A DNA stretch of 60,146 bases, filler included, from Platydemus manokwari (Eukaryota), in NCBI GenBank assembly GCA_037951405.1. It is 5 parts of 5 records of this genome, joined end to end, with 100 filler letters (N's around TTAATTAATTAA, not from the genome) between each part and the next. Parts side by side here need not be neighbours in the genome. Positions count along the whole stretch, not along the records: positions 1 to 10,539 come from JBBMOY011125997.1; positions 10,640 to 19,992 come from JBBMOY011260319.1; 3 more parts are not named here. One strand, given 5' to 3'. Below, piece after piece: positions 1 through 11,721 of the stretch. The notes below the pieces were generated by a model, which made no database searches, had not been told where the DNA came from, and was given only the letters and a program-made list of their open reading frames with translations. How positions within the stretch are numbered: the stretch's first letter is position 1; every line of letters begins with the position of its first letter. The translations under genes were made by a program, and so were the position numbers.

Positions 1-3000
1 ATGTTCAGCGTTATAACAATTTGTGTTAATAAAATACCTGCATAAAAACATGAATAACTTTTGACTCAACCTGGTACTACTTATAAAGTAATAAGGATAA
101 TTTTTCTAATATATATGCCAAAAGAGCTTAAAGTATTAATTTAATGTTAGTAAATTAAAGAGAAAAACTTTTCCCTTAAAATTATGTTATTAAAATTGGT
201 TTATATTTGCAAGGACAAATTATTTAATTTTGGAATACAATAAAATATGCCTTATCTGTGTATTTTATGCTTTGATTTATAGTTTTAATAATATTATTGA
301 CAATTCTTTTAACACAGTTTATTTATCTTTTTATGACGATGAAGCCGTCCATATTATGTTCTGTATCTTGTGCATTTTATAATTTTATTTATCGGCTTAT
401 AATCTATAAATATAAATGGTCATAAGGACTTTTATTATAAAATCGAGTTCTTGCTCATTAAATTTGACATGGCGTTGCTAGATATGGGTTAAGGAATGAG
501 CTCAAATGCTCAGCGATTAGTGATAGATGTTCAGATATATGATTTGGAAATCTCATTCGATATTGACGTAAATCGAAAAACAATCACATTCAATTGAAAG
601 CGACATCATTTTATCAAGACTTTAAGAATCACCTATACTAATTCATAATTTCAAAAATATTCTTCGAAATCTCATCAACAATTGATAACTCTTCACAATC
701 TCGACAGCAAGGAACACCCCCTTTCGCATTCATTTCTTCTTTTCTGATTTCCTCAAATGCATTTTCTACTTTTAATCAACTCCCGTGATAATTCTCTTTT
801 CTTGAAATTTTATTTCCATCAACTCCTTTTTGCCATTTTCAATTGTGAATCTTTCATTTACTTCTTTCTACGTTCATAAAGTGATTGATAGATGTTAGGA
901 TGCGTGCTTTTTTTAGCCTACTCTGATGGAGAAAATGATCTGTGATCATCATTGTTGAGTTACGGAATTTTTTTATTGAAAGAGAATTTTGCAAGAGAAA
1001 TCCACCTGACTTTCTCATTCGTTTGAGAAAGTTTTACGATGAATAATTGATAAATAAATTGATTAAATTTGTGTGTTATCATTGATTATAATAACGAAAT
1101 AAAATAATGACAAGAAAAGGAATATTTATTAAGTGGTTATCAGCTCTTTGACACTAGAAAGCTTTTCCTGATGTCCATAATATTTTGATGATTTATTGAT
1201 TTATTCTTTAAAAGATATCTAATCAAATTAAAAGTAAAGATAGATAAAATAATAATAATAATAAATATAATTAATAATAAATTCATATTAAATATCATAT
1301 TCTCTGATATGAAATTTGAATTGAACCAACAGGTCACAGTGTATGAATGAAACAATTTTCCTCGTTGATGCTCAACTATAAGAGTAATAAAATTCACTAG
1401 CAAGTGAATCAGATAGACATTGTTAGCTTATCTGATCGAATTTCCGTTTAGTCTGACATTGTCATTCGATCTATTGGCGAAAGCGTTTAATTTTCTTGTT
1501 GATTGGTACAATTAAAGCTGATATTATGGGTGAATCACAATTATTATTGATATCACATAGATTTGTGAAAAATTATTGAAATAAGATTTGATAATTAGAT
1601 AAAATAATCTTTTGTACAAAGATATCACTGGAAATTTTATTATGTAAATTTATTAACAATTGTGACAGTCTCCAAAAAATCAATAAATAAAGGTTCATTA
1701 AAGTGCAAAAAAATCCCATATCATGTAATGAATAAATTATTTATCTCACTCTTCATCAGGAATAATATATCATTATTTGATTTATTTTATCAGTTAAATG
1801 ATTTTCAGCAAATATTTTCATGGGTATATTACTAAATTTTCTTATATGAAGGTGCTTTCGTTGAGTGAGACAAAATCTTGGCAAGAAAAGCAGATTTGCA
1901 TCTTGGAATCCTTGTTTTAGTCGTATAAAGACTCGCAAGCTTACACAACTATACAGGGATGGCTATCAACCAATCATAGTTGGGGTCGATAAAAAACGAT
2001 AATCGGAAAACGGACATAGGGTACGCAATAACACACACATAGGGATTGATCAATTCCCTGCATACAAAAACCAATAAGCTCAACAGTAAATATCAAATCA
2101 AAATACGAAAAATCAAACATGGCACAAAAATTACACACAGATCTTGAGTATCAATGCCGATGTAAAGATGGTCAACTGCCAGTTTCGGTTAAGTTTTTTG
2201 AATGAATTATATGAATAAAGCTTACAACCTTTGATTTTTGGAGTCACCAATTATTTGGTAATTAAGAATTTAAGCCCAACACTTAGAACGAAATAAAAAC
2301 ATAAACAAATCAAATGAAAAAACCTGTTCAATTTCAAAATATAAATTCACCAAAAACCAATGAAAATTCACGAAAATCGATAATTAATTAAATGATCTTT
2401 TTATAATAATTCAGGTTGGTTTGAACTAATTTTCGATGCCAATCCATATTTCAGCTTAATAAAATAATGTCAAATACTTATTCTCCAGATGATCATTTCA
2501 TTATTTTCAATTACAATGACTGGGAAAGCGATAAATTGGCTAATTCGAAAGTTGTTGAAAAATATAACCCATTGAAAGAATTATTAGAAAATACGAACAC
2601 AAGAGCTGACTGGTTATTGATTAGGAAAGCTTAGATAGTTTATGGAGATTATAAATTCAATACGATTTATTACCGTATTTATGAAAATTATCAGTGGATA
2701 GATCTAAAATATCTGTAATCAATAATTTCTGAAAGAACATGATTATAATGTATGTATATATTTATCTTCAATTGTCGGTTTAAAGATATTCTGACATAAT
2801 TGAAAAATAAGTCCAACTGGCTTAGGATTTAAAATAAAGATGTGATGATGTAATTCCATGGTAATTGATTTTCACAAGCTTGTTCCAAACAATACAATCT
2901 CTAATAATCTTGATATCATTTATTTCATAAATGTCATCACCCACGGAATGTTATAGTTTGTGGCGCAATCCGATTTACTAAAGGACCATCTGTGTTTTCA

Positions 3001-3939
3001 AAAAGCTTCGAATCTATCAAAATTTTGATTAATGAACACTACTGGTCTATTTCATTGAAATAAGCAACCACAGCTTTCTAAAATCAATGTCGACTTCTAT
3101 GAAAATATAATTCATTGTTCTCATTTGGGAAACTATTTTTTGGTGGGAGTCTGGATTCGATTTTCCAAATCTATTTCATGCTTAAATAATTTTCCGCAAA
3201 TTATCGTATAAGGGCGATGAGGAATGAAAAATTTAATATAATCAATAAATATATCTGCCGATAATCATGTGAAATTAATGAAATTATCTGAACTGCGGGC
3301 TAATGGGAAAAAAATTGATCCAACACATTACTTTCTGCTTTTCAATTTATTTTTTTTGTTTTTGAGCTTGTATGCTGTTCAAATGTGAGATAAATATGAA
3401 AGACTTTTGCATTATATTGGTGATCCGGAAAAGTTTTGACATTGACTTCACAAATTTTTCATTCATCAATGTTACGCTTTATCAATCATGTCAAGATGAT
3501 AAAATTAAAATGATCCATTAGACCGTGTAGCTTATCATTTATCGATCAAGTTGGTTATCAATTAGGCGGGTATTTCATCGCAGACAGCGTTGCCAAATAT
3601 AAGTTGGATTTTTATGCAACTTTTTTCGGATGAAATTTTTATTTGCATTAATAATTTTTGGCTGTAGTTAAAAAAAGGAGTCTTAAAATAAAATTTATAA
3701 TTTTTTGAGTGTATTGCAAAAATCTGGTTTATTTAATTATGTTTTTTAAAAACATTTATCGGTTTCATTTGAGTACGTAAGAAGAATTCTAGTTGTTTGA
3801 AATCATATTTTTAATGGACTAGAGCTAAAAATCTCCTAAAATTTGATTATTTGAAAAAATGAAAAAATAGGTCGAATTGCAATTTTTTTTAATTTAGCGA
3901 GGAACCCTTTTTAACATTAGAAGCAAATTGAGAGATATT

Positions 3940-4245
3940 CTTAATTTTTTTAATTATTTCATTAAAATAACCAATGCCATTGTTAAACATATCTGTAGAT
4001 AATTAACTAGATTTATAATTTTAAAAAGTAATTTAAAAGCTCAAATAATCATATAGAAGTGTTGTGAATAGAATAGGTACTTGGTTTTGAAACTCTGTTG
4101 TAACACTATTAGACATCTTAAAAAATGATATATTAACTGAATTAAACGAATAAATCTTATATATATAACTAAGTTATAAAATTATCTCATGCACGAAAAT
4201 TCATTGTAACGAATGTAGATCAAAGGACCCTTTTTCTTAATTTCA
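3940..4245 (-). repeat. Dispersed repeat copy A (~300 bp), inverted relative to copy B
   Basis: Its reverse complement (aagggtcctttgatctacattcgttacaatgaattttcgtgcatgagataattttataac...) aligns by eye with 10130 onward (aagaggtcctttgacctactttctcaacaatgaattttctcgcatgacataattttataat...), with mismatches and indels. Boundaries approximate. Confidence 0.8.
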
Positions 4246-4618
4246 GCCAAAATTTGTCGATTTTTTCAAAATCATTAAATTTAAATGACACGCCAGTTAC
4301 TCTTATTGAATTTTCAAAAATTTTTGAAAGGTCGTGGAATAAATATGGACTCATTAAGTACAATCAACTTTACTCACACTTTCACAATCATCACTTTGTG
4401 TTGGCTAATGAGTTTAATATTTTAATACTGTTTTTGCGTTAACAATGTTAACATTTGGCTCCATTATTAAATTGAGACTGAACTTTTGAAAGATCCTGAT
4501 TTTTCAATTTAATAATAAAGTTACAATGTTGATTTTTAGATTTAGATCGATTTAGTATTATTAACACTATTTGTACTTATTATACTATTTTATCAAAAAA
4601 TTAATATTCATCACCAAC

Positions 4619-5192
4619 CACTTGATAGATATTTTCATCGAAAATTCTGCATTGCAAAGACCATGGCATAATTATATCCTGACTAAAAAAACACAGAAAT
4701 GAGAATTTGAATTTAAATCGATAGCAGAAGGCGTACTTTAAAAATTTTGGTAGAGAATCAACCATATAATAATCAGTATGATTATAAGTTCGGATGAAAT
4801 TTTTAAAATCGATGTCCAAGTGCTCCAAGCTACGATCTTCTTTCTTTTGCTTTTCAACTGCAATCTTTCATAATTGGCAAAATTAAAAGTTTTCAAATTT
4901 ATCACAATACCGTATGCTTAGTATAATTTGATAAATCTAAATTTAGAAAATAGGTGTCGTCCCATATTTTGTAGGCTGGAAAACTTTTGGCAGCTTCTTT
5001 CATTAGTAATGGTTTACTTTTGATAACATATTCTTGCAAAAATGTGATTGGGTTCAAAAATCCATTATGAATTTCGACATCAAGAGAAACTCCAGTACCA
5101 AATGGTTTATTATGATTCTCATAGTTTGCTGAACAGAACATCATTATAGGAAAGGTACTAAGAATAGATATAATCGAGACCAAAATCTGCAT
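4619..5192 (-). CDS. JmjC/Cupin_8-family dioxygenase-like protein with N-terminal signal peptide, first three exons only (5192-4911, 4864-4737, 4682-4619)
   Basis: Removing GT-AG introns 4865-4910 (46 nt) and 4683-4736 (54 nt) gives one frame: hydrophobic N-terminus, then NPITFLQEYVIKSKPLLMKEAAKSFPAYKIWDDTYF...IAVEKQKKEDRS...DFKNFIRTYNHTDYYMVDSLPKFLNQDIIMPWSLQC, the pre-JmjC region typical of JMJD5/7/8-like proteins. A donor GTTGGT follows at 4618. Catalytic exons were not located. Confidence 0.75.
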
Positions 5193-8100
5193 CTTTTAAA
5201 TTTATAAGCAATTAGATTAAAAACAATAACGTGATTAAACAAAATTTAACAAACTTTATTGATACAAATTTAGAATAAATATTTGAAACATTAAATATAA
5301 GAATCATTTTATCCTTAAGATGAATTTTCATAAGTTATTTGGAAATATTAAATTAAATTTATAATTCACAAAAATGAACCTAAATAATAATATTTGGTTG
5401 ATTTTAAAAATTCTTTAATTAATACATACATTTTGATATAACACTTAAATATTTTAAAATTAAAAATCGATATCAAAGCAAAACCATTTTTACAATTTCC
5501 TAAAGTCAAGATATAGGATGAAATTTTCAGTTAATTCTAATTACAACAAATAATTAAATCTAATACAAATTATGACACTACCACACATTAACTCTGTAAG
5601 GCAATATTAGAAAAATGGATAAGGGTTAAAGTCATCCCATCCTGATTTGATGTGGAAAGTAGAACAGATATCTAATCAATGGGATACTCATACCCAGCCA
5701 AGGATAAAGAACCTACGGTTCCAAATTAAATGAGGCAATCTAGTTGAAATTGTTATCAATGATTTAAGTAGTTTTATAACTTATACTTACGATTAGATAA
5801 TTTATGTACATTGTAATTAGTACATAGTTATTTGCATGTAATTAGTCAAACAGTAAACAACGACGGCCAATATAATAATTATATTCGCTATACTACAAAT
5901 TAACAAATGTGTAGTGTTGATTTTCGAAGCAAATAAGCGTTGTGGCATCAAAGTGAATAAAAACCGACAGAGGAAACTAGGTTCCATTCTATTTCATTGT
6001 AAGGCTATTTGAGATGATTTTAAGATCTAACTAATTATCTTTGAATTTTTAAAAAATGATTTAGCAATTTATAACTAATCTTCTGCAGGAGTTTGATACA
6101 AATTGAGTTATCACGAAGTACATAATTTACCAAAGCTCTGATTGTTGAAAAAATAAATTGAATTGATCTAAGATTCTAAAAAAAATGAATTTAAATAATG
6201 TTCTCGGAAAATGTTTAAGAATAGAAATCCGAATTATTACTCGATAACGCTCATGAAATTAGTTTTTAATTTTCCTTTGATAATTTTTTAATTGTATTAT
6301 GATTTATTTTATGTTTATTTGTAAATTTCTGTAGATCTTTATAACGTCGCCATGGTGATTCATAGTTAAATTTAAAAATCCATTATTTTTCATAATATTG
6401 CCGTGGTAACGGGAGTTATTTATGGTGAATAATTTATGTGAATCGAAATTTTATATTAATTATTTATGCCTACAATATGTATTAGTCATAATATAATCTT
6501 TTATGTATTATATTTGTTGGGACAATGTGAACAGGCCAGTAGTCTACTCAGATAGCGAAGAAACTAAGGACAAAAATATCATTACCGTTGACTCATGTGG
6601 TGCATGGCAAAATAAAAATGTCAAAACAGAAACCGCAAGATATAACTCTACATCAAAGAAGTATGGTCTGATAAATAAAGTATCAAAAAATGAAACCTAG
6701 GTCCAGAATACTTGCCAATAGTGAGAAGAAATGAAAGACTTGGAAAGAAAAACTGAAGTATTGACTTTGATACTTAAAGCCGACATCACTTTGAAATCAA
6801 CTGGTGTTTAACACTGATTTCAAATCCAATTTCAGTCCAATGAATTCCCATCAAATATCCCATTAATCTGAACATTTGTACTAAATATTTGACTAGTTAT
6901 TAGTTATTTTATTCTTTATCGTGTTACCTTTATTATTCTTGACTTTTATTGTAAAATACATATAAATATGAATTATTATTTACAAAAATTAAATTAATTG
7001 ACAAGAATTTAAAACAAATAAAATAAAAAAGGGAAATTGAGAAAGAGAAAGTGATAATAAATAAAAAATATCATATTAATATGATTCAAAAATTTCAGAT
7101 AGAAAACTTTTATCATAATTAATTTGTAAGATTAAAATTTTTACTGTCTAATTTTTTAAGAATAATAAATATACTCCATAATGCTCAAAAGTGTACAAAG
7201 TAACGAAAATATTAAAATTTAGAGAATTATTTTGGGTACAAAGTACCAAACATTGACAACTACATAAATCGGCATTACAAAAGATAAATTCACTCGTGCG
7301 TTGGGACAATAAAATTAGTATTGTGATGATAATAATTATAATTACGATAACCACTGATTGGAGCAAATATAAAAGAATTTTCAAATAAAAAACAGCTACA
7401 AAAATAATAAATTCTGTAAAAACTTTTACAAATTAATCCTAAATAAATTAGTGGATAAAATTTATCTCAGATAAAAAAATATCAAAATTGAAACAGGTAA
7501 AAGTCATATCACACAGAATGTGTACCATACTTTTTAAAAAAATATTCGGTCACAGTATAAATTTAACTAAATAGTCTAGCGAATTATAAATGCCCCAGAT
7601 TTCTACATCCAATTAATTCAATTAGATACTGATGAAATTTAATTCAACCAACAAATTAACTCAATCAAATAATGAAATACGTATAAAATTATAGAAAAAT
7701 TATATTCAGTCATAACAACTTGCACCAAATCATGAAGTTATTTAGTTTCTTGCTTGATTTTTAATGATTTTCATTTTGAGGCACTTCATACAAACAAGCA
7801 TGCGTTCATTTTGCTTCATTTTTTATTCAACAACAAACCAATGTATAGTTCATCATTTTGTATAAATATTTTAAACACAACCGAAACGATCCTATTTCTC
7901 CGGTTATACTCATGAAAATCCACATATCAACACTATGTCACCAACTATCGCTATTATTTCCTTTCTTTTTTCCTTTTTCCTACACCTATTCCTTATTCAT
8001 GTTTTATTATTTTTGATAAATAATCACAGTGAATATTCTCATTCAGTGTTTTTCTTATTTTTCTTTTCTTGTATTGTCTGATAGTCAAGAAAACAGATGA

Positions 8101-9180
8101 CGAGAAAAGACGAGTTGAAGAAATTGATAGAATTAATTTTAATCGAATATTCATCGATTTTTTATTTAAAATATTATACTTTGCTGCACTCCAATTCCAA
8201 TGGGAAAATATACCTCACGCAATTTTGGAATAAAATGAAAAACCTAACCATCAATATATTTATTTACAAAAGTCAACTCATTAATTCGGAAGTTCAATTG
8301 GTTAATTTTGATTTTTTTTGTTTAAGACGATTAGGATTTCGCTGGAAATTGTGATATTTTATATCATCACAGGTATTTACATTCTCAAAGTGGATTTATG
8401 GGTTTTTCTCTAAAGATTCTATCTAAAGTCGGCTTGTTTTAGAATGAATCCCTAATACATGTGATAATAATGTGAATCTTACTCATCCAAGACAATTATG
8501 AAGTTAATAGCAAAATATATTGACTATGAACACATGGTAACCATCTAAAAGACTTGTCTTGATCTTTGAAAAATTAATAAGTCTTAAACTCTTAGTTTAA
8601 AAATATAAATCTAATACACTGATAATGTTTTACACATATTATATCGTCAATGACTTGAACCCAATATTCATTTTCTTTGCTTTTGTCATTTCATTATCAA
8701 AAGTATCAGCAACTATAAATTTTCTTTATAATAAACTCATTAGCTAAGTAAATAATTTTGATACTGTAAACAGTAAAGAATTTTTAAATATACATTAAAA
8801 TCTTAAAGTTTTTAACCTATTATATAAATAAAATGTAATTATTTCCTAAATATTCGTTATATTCTCGAAAATATAAGGAAATGGATCGACTTCCTTAAAT
8901 AAATTTCATCATTTTGCACTGGATTTATCATATACATAAAATTTTTATCGTTACATATGAACATAAATTATTAGAAGAAAATGACGAAAAAGTGAAAGTC
9001 AATATCTTGTACTTTGAATTCTTATAATTTATAACTTGATAATTTAGATAGAGATATGAATTTTGAGTTTAAAATAAAAAAAATTGTTGAAAATTTTTTT
9101 TAATTTGTTTAGAAAATATGAACAATAAATCATAAATTATTTTTATAATTGGAATATTCAATTATTTACAATCGTTAAAG

Positions 9181-9981
9181 ATGTTTTCAAAAACTGCTTT
9201 GCTTGGAACAATACTACTTCATTTATATTTTTTCGTTGAACTTTCATCATCGATGGAAATACTTCATTCAGGAAATGAAAAACCGAAAGAGGTGGATTGG
9301 AAAGTTCATAAACGAGCAGATTTATATACAATTATCAAGAGAATATTGATTTGCATTGGAATCTTGGGAATTATATTCTTAATATTTATTTATTTGTTGA
9401 TCATTTTAAAATATATTGAGATACTATGTAGGCTTATGAAAAAATTAATGAAAAAATTAATAGAAAAAATGTATTTTTTTAATAAACAAAACAAATCGAA
9501 TGAATCAAATGACTCTACGAAGCCGCACTCAGTGTCATTAATTAGAGATAAATATAATGGTGCAATGAGTTTTACTTCTTCGATAATACCGAAATCAGAA
9601 GAAATTATTTACGAAAAATGCAACGATAAGATTCCTATTATTGAGGAAAATAGTGTGGGACGGTTAGATAATATCAGCAAAATCAATATGTCAAATTATC
9701 AAATATCTGAAGAGACTGTGAATGGTTCTAATAAAACAAGTGAGGACGCTCTTAAAATAGCATCCCCATCATTAAATTATAGTACATTAACCAGTTATGT
9801 TAATGAATTTAAATCAAATATTAGTGAATCGTTCAAGGCATCGAAGACAAAGCTTTTAAATACCAATTTAAATTCATTGGATGGTTTTATTCCAAAATCT
9901 GTAGGAAAAATTAAGAAGATTTATTTTCCAAAAATTAATTCCGTGAAAAAATTATTGCAAAAAAATAAAATTGAATTTTAA
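9181..9981 (+). CDS. Orphan intronless 266-aa predicted single-pass membrane protein
   Basis: Long ATG-initiated ORF in very AT-rich DNA. Signal-peptide-like N-terminus, then a hydrophobic segment (ILICIGILGIIFLIFIYLLIIL) followed by a basic stop-transfer stretch. AATAAA lies about 40 nt after the stop. No family recognised. Confidence 0.6.
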   Translation: MFSKTALLGTILLHLYFFVELSSSMEILHSGNEKPKEVDWKVHKRADLYTIIKRILICIGILGIIFLIFIYLLIILKYIEILCRLMKKLMKKLIEKMYFFNKQNKSNESNDSTKPHSVSLIRDKYNGAMSFTSSIIPKSEEIIYEKCNDKIPIIEENSVGRLDNISKINMSNYQISEETVNGSNKTSEDALKIASPSLNYSTLTSYVNEFKSNISESFKASKTKLLNTNLNSLDGFIPKSVGKIKKIYFPKINSVKKLLQKNKIEF

Positions 9982-10119
9982 AATATCTCTTTATTATGGT
10001 TTAACAGTTTAGTCATAAAATAAATTGGAAATTTTTAATTTCATAAATGTGTAATTGTTTTGTTATAAAGATTTTTTTCATGATACTTAAATTAATTATA
10101 TGTAAATAACATCAAAGGG

Positions 10120-10422
10120 TTTAAGTTAAAAAAAAGAGGTCCTTTGACCTACTTTCTCAACAATGAATTTTCTCGCATGACATAATTTTATAATTTAATT
10201 TTATATATAATTGGGATGTTTGATTTGTTCGTGTAATTCAGTTAGTATCTCACTTTTTTTCATGTCTGATATGGGCTAAGTGTAGTTTTAAGACCAAATT
10301 TCTATATAATTGTCTGATTTTTTAAATTTAACTTTTTTAAATTTTAAATCGAGTTAATTAACTCCAGACATGCTTAATAATATAATTGCTTATTTTTATA
10401 AAATAATTGTAAAAATTTAAAG
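10120..10422 (+). repeat. Dispersed repeat copy B (~300 bp)
   Basis: Homologous to the reverse complement of 3940-4245. Similarity stops where the hAT-like terminus begins at 10423. Confidence 0.8.
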
Positions 10423-10539
10423 CAGTGATTTTCAACCAGGGTTCCATCAGTACACTCCAGGGGTTCCGCAATTTCTAAATTTCTAAATTAGAACAACGAA
10501 CAAATCAACTACATGTTACATTCAATTTCGAAAATCTAT
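10423..10539 (+). mobile_element. Left end of hAT (Charlie/Buster-type) DNA transposon, truncated by the contig end
   Basis: Begins CAGTGATTTTCAACCAGGGTTCC...GGGTTCCGC, resembling Charlie/Buster TIR plus subterminal sequence. The preceding 8-mer ATTTAAAG (10415-10422) fits the Buster nnnTAnnn target-site pattern. Confidence 0.6.
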
Positions 10540-10639
10540 NNNNNNNNNNNNNNNNNNNNNNNNNNNNNNNNNNNNNNNNNNNNTTAATTAATTAANNNNN
10601 NNNNNNNNNNNNNNNNNNNNNNNNNNNNNNNNNNNNNNN
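10540..10639. other. Artificial contig spacer (44N-TTAATTAATTAA-44N)
   Basis: Identical 100-nt structure occurs four times. The palindromic 12-mer contains stops in all six frames. Confidence 0.97.
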
Positions 10640-11436
10640 ATATATTAATCAATAAAATTGAAAATAGAGCATCCGTGGTGATTTCAAGATACTATATGAT
10701 AACCAATTTTGTAAAATATAAAAAGTGTGTTTGAATTACGTTATCAGTGAATTGAGAAATTATCATTTTACCGAAACAAAGCGAAATATTTCAAATTACG
10801 ACATAAGCTGTATAAAAGGATATTTTGGAGTTTTGATGCATGTCTATATAGTTTCTATTTCAAGATATATTTTCATGTTATTACTGTTTTTAATGTACTT
10901 ATGAAAAGAAAAGTCATTTTATTGCAACGATAATTTATGATATAAAAATATACATTTATAACAATTCTCACCAATCAGAATTACTCTCGGATGAAATAAT
11001 ATTTTCAACTTTCTCTAAGCAATAATTTGAGGAATTGTAGCATTATTCTAAGACTTATGAGTATTTATAATTGAAGACCATTGGCAATTTGGCAGGGCAC
11101 TTGTCACTCGCCAGTATCGAATAAGATCTTAAATTCACCATTTAATATTTCTCTTATTGGTGGATTCGAATAAATGGTCATTTAACTCTTTTTGCAATCT
11201 CTTATTGCTGTTAGTAGCTGTTATTATGGATATTTGTTTTCATATAAGCATAACCTTCATAATTATTTTACTGCGTCAACTCTTCCAACCCAATAATCCT
11301 TATTGAACATCTTAATAAGTATTTAAGGATTTATGTATTTTAAGTGTACTTGATTCGTATTCTTTTATTTTGTTCTTACACTCCTTGATTTACTGGAGAA
11401 ATAAAATATAAAATAAATGTTAGAATTGATAATGGA

Positions 11437-11490
11437 TATTATTATTATTATTATTGGTTATTATTATTATTATTATTGGTTATTATTATT
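11437..11490. repeat. Imperfect (ATT)n microsatellite
   Basis: attattatt... interrupted by gg. Confidence 0.9.
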
Positions 11491-11721
11491 AAGTTACTAA
11501 GATTACACATAATTTAAAAGCTTTATTTAATCAAAATCGTTCGGTCAAATCTTCAATTCTGAGCTCCTATATAATACAGGAGTTAAGAAATCGGCACGAT
11601 GGCTCCTAATTATTAATATTGATAATATTGTTATTTTGTAAAACAATGCTTGAAAATTATCGAGACATCACGACTGTGCATTTTGGATGATTAATTCTTG
11701 GTTTTCTTTGGAATATTCCAG

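Noticed and set aside
640-880. Minus-strand coding-looking stretch (VENAFEEIRKEEMNAKGGVPCC)
   Set aside because: Frames are broken by stops, with no consistent splice sites and no recognisable family.
1954-2060. Possible tiny MITE (TA-CAGGGA...TCCCTG)
   Set aside because: TIR match is short and imperfect, the right-hand TA is not cleanly placed, and no second copy was seen.
1140-8354. Short hydrophobic Ile/Phe/Leu-rich ORFs (e.g. 1140-1403, 7148-7384, 8097-8354; similarly 31444-31638, 42489-42773, 52063-52425)
   Set aside because: Expected by chance in very AT-rich DNA. Many start at non-ATG codons and have no splice or homology support.
10584-10595. Recurrent TTAATTAATTAA palindromes as a biological repeat or CRISPR-like array
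   Set aside because: Always centred in identical N runs, so a synthetic linker. No repeat-spacer array or cas genes are present.
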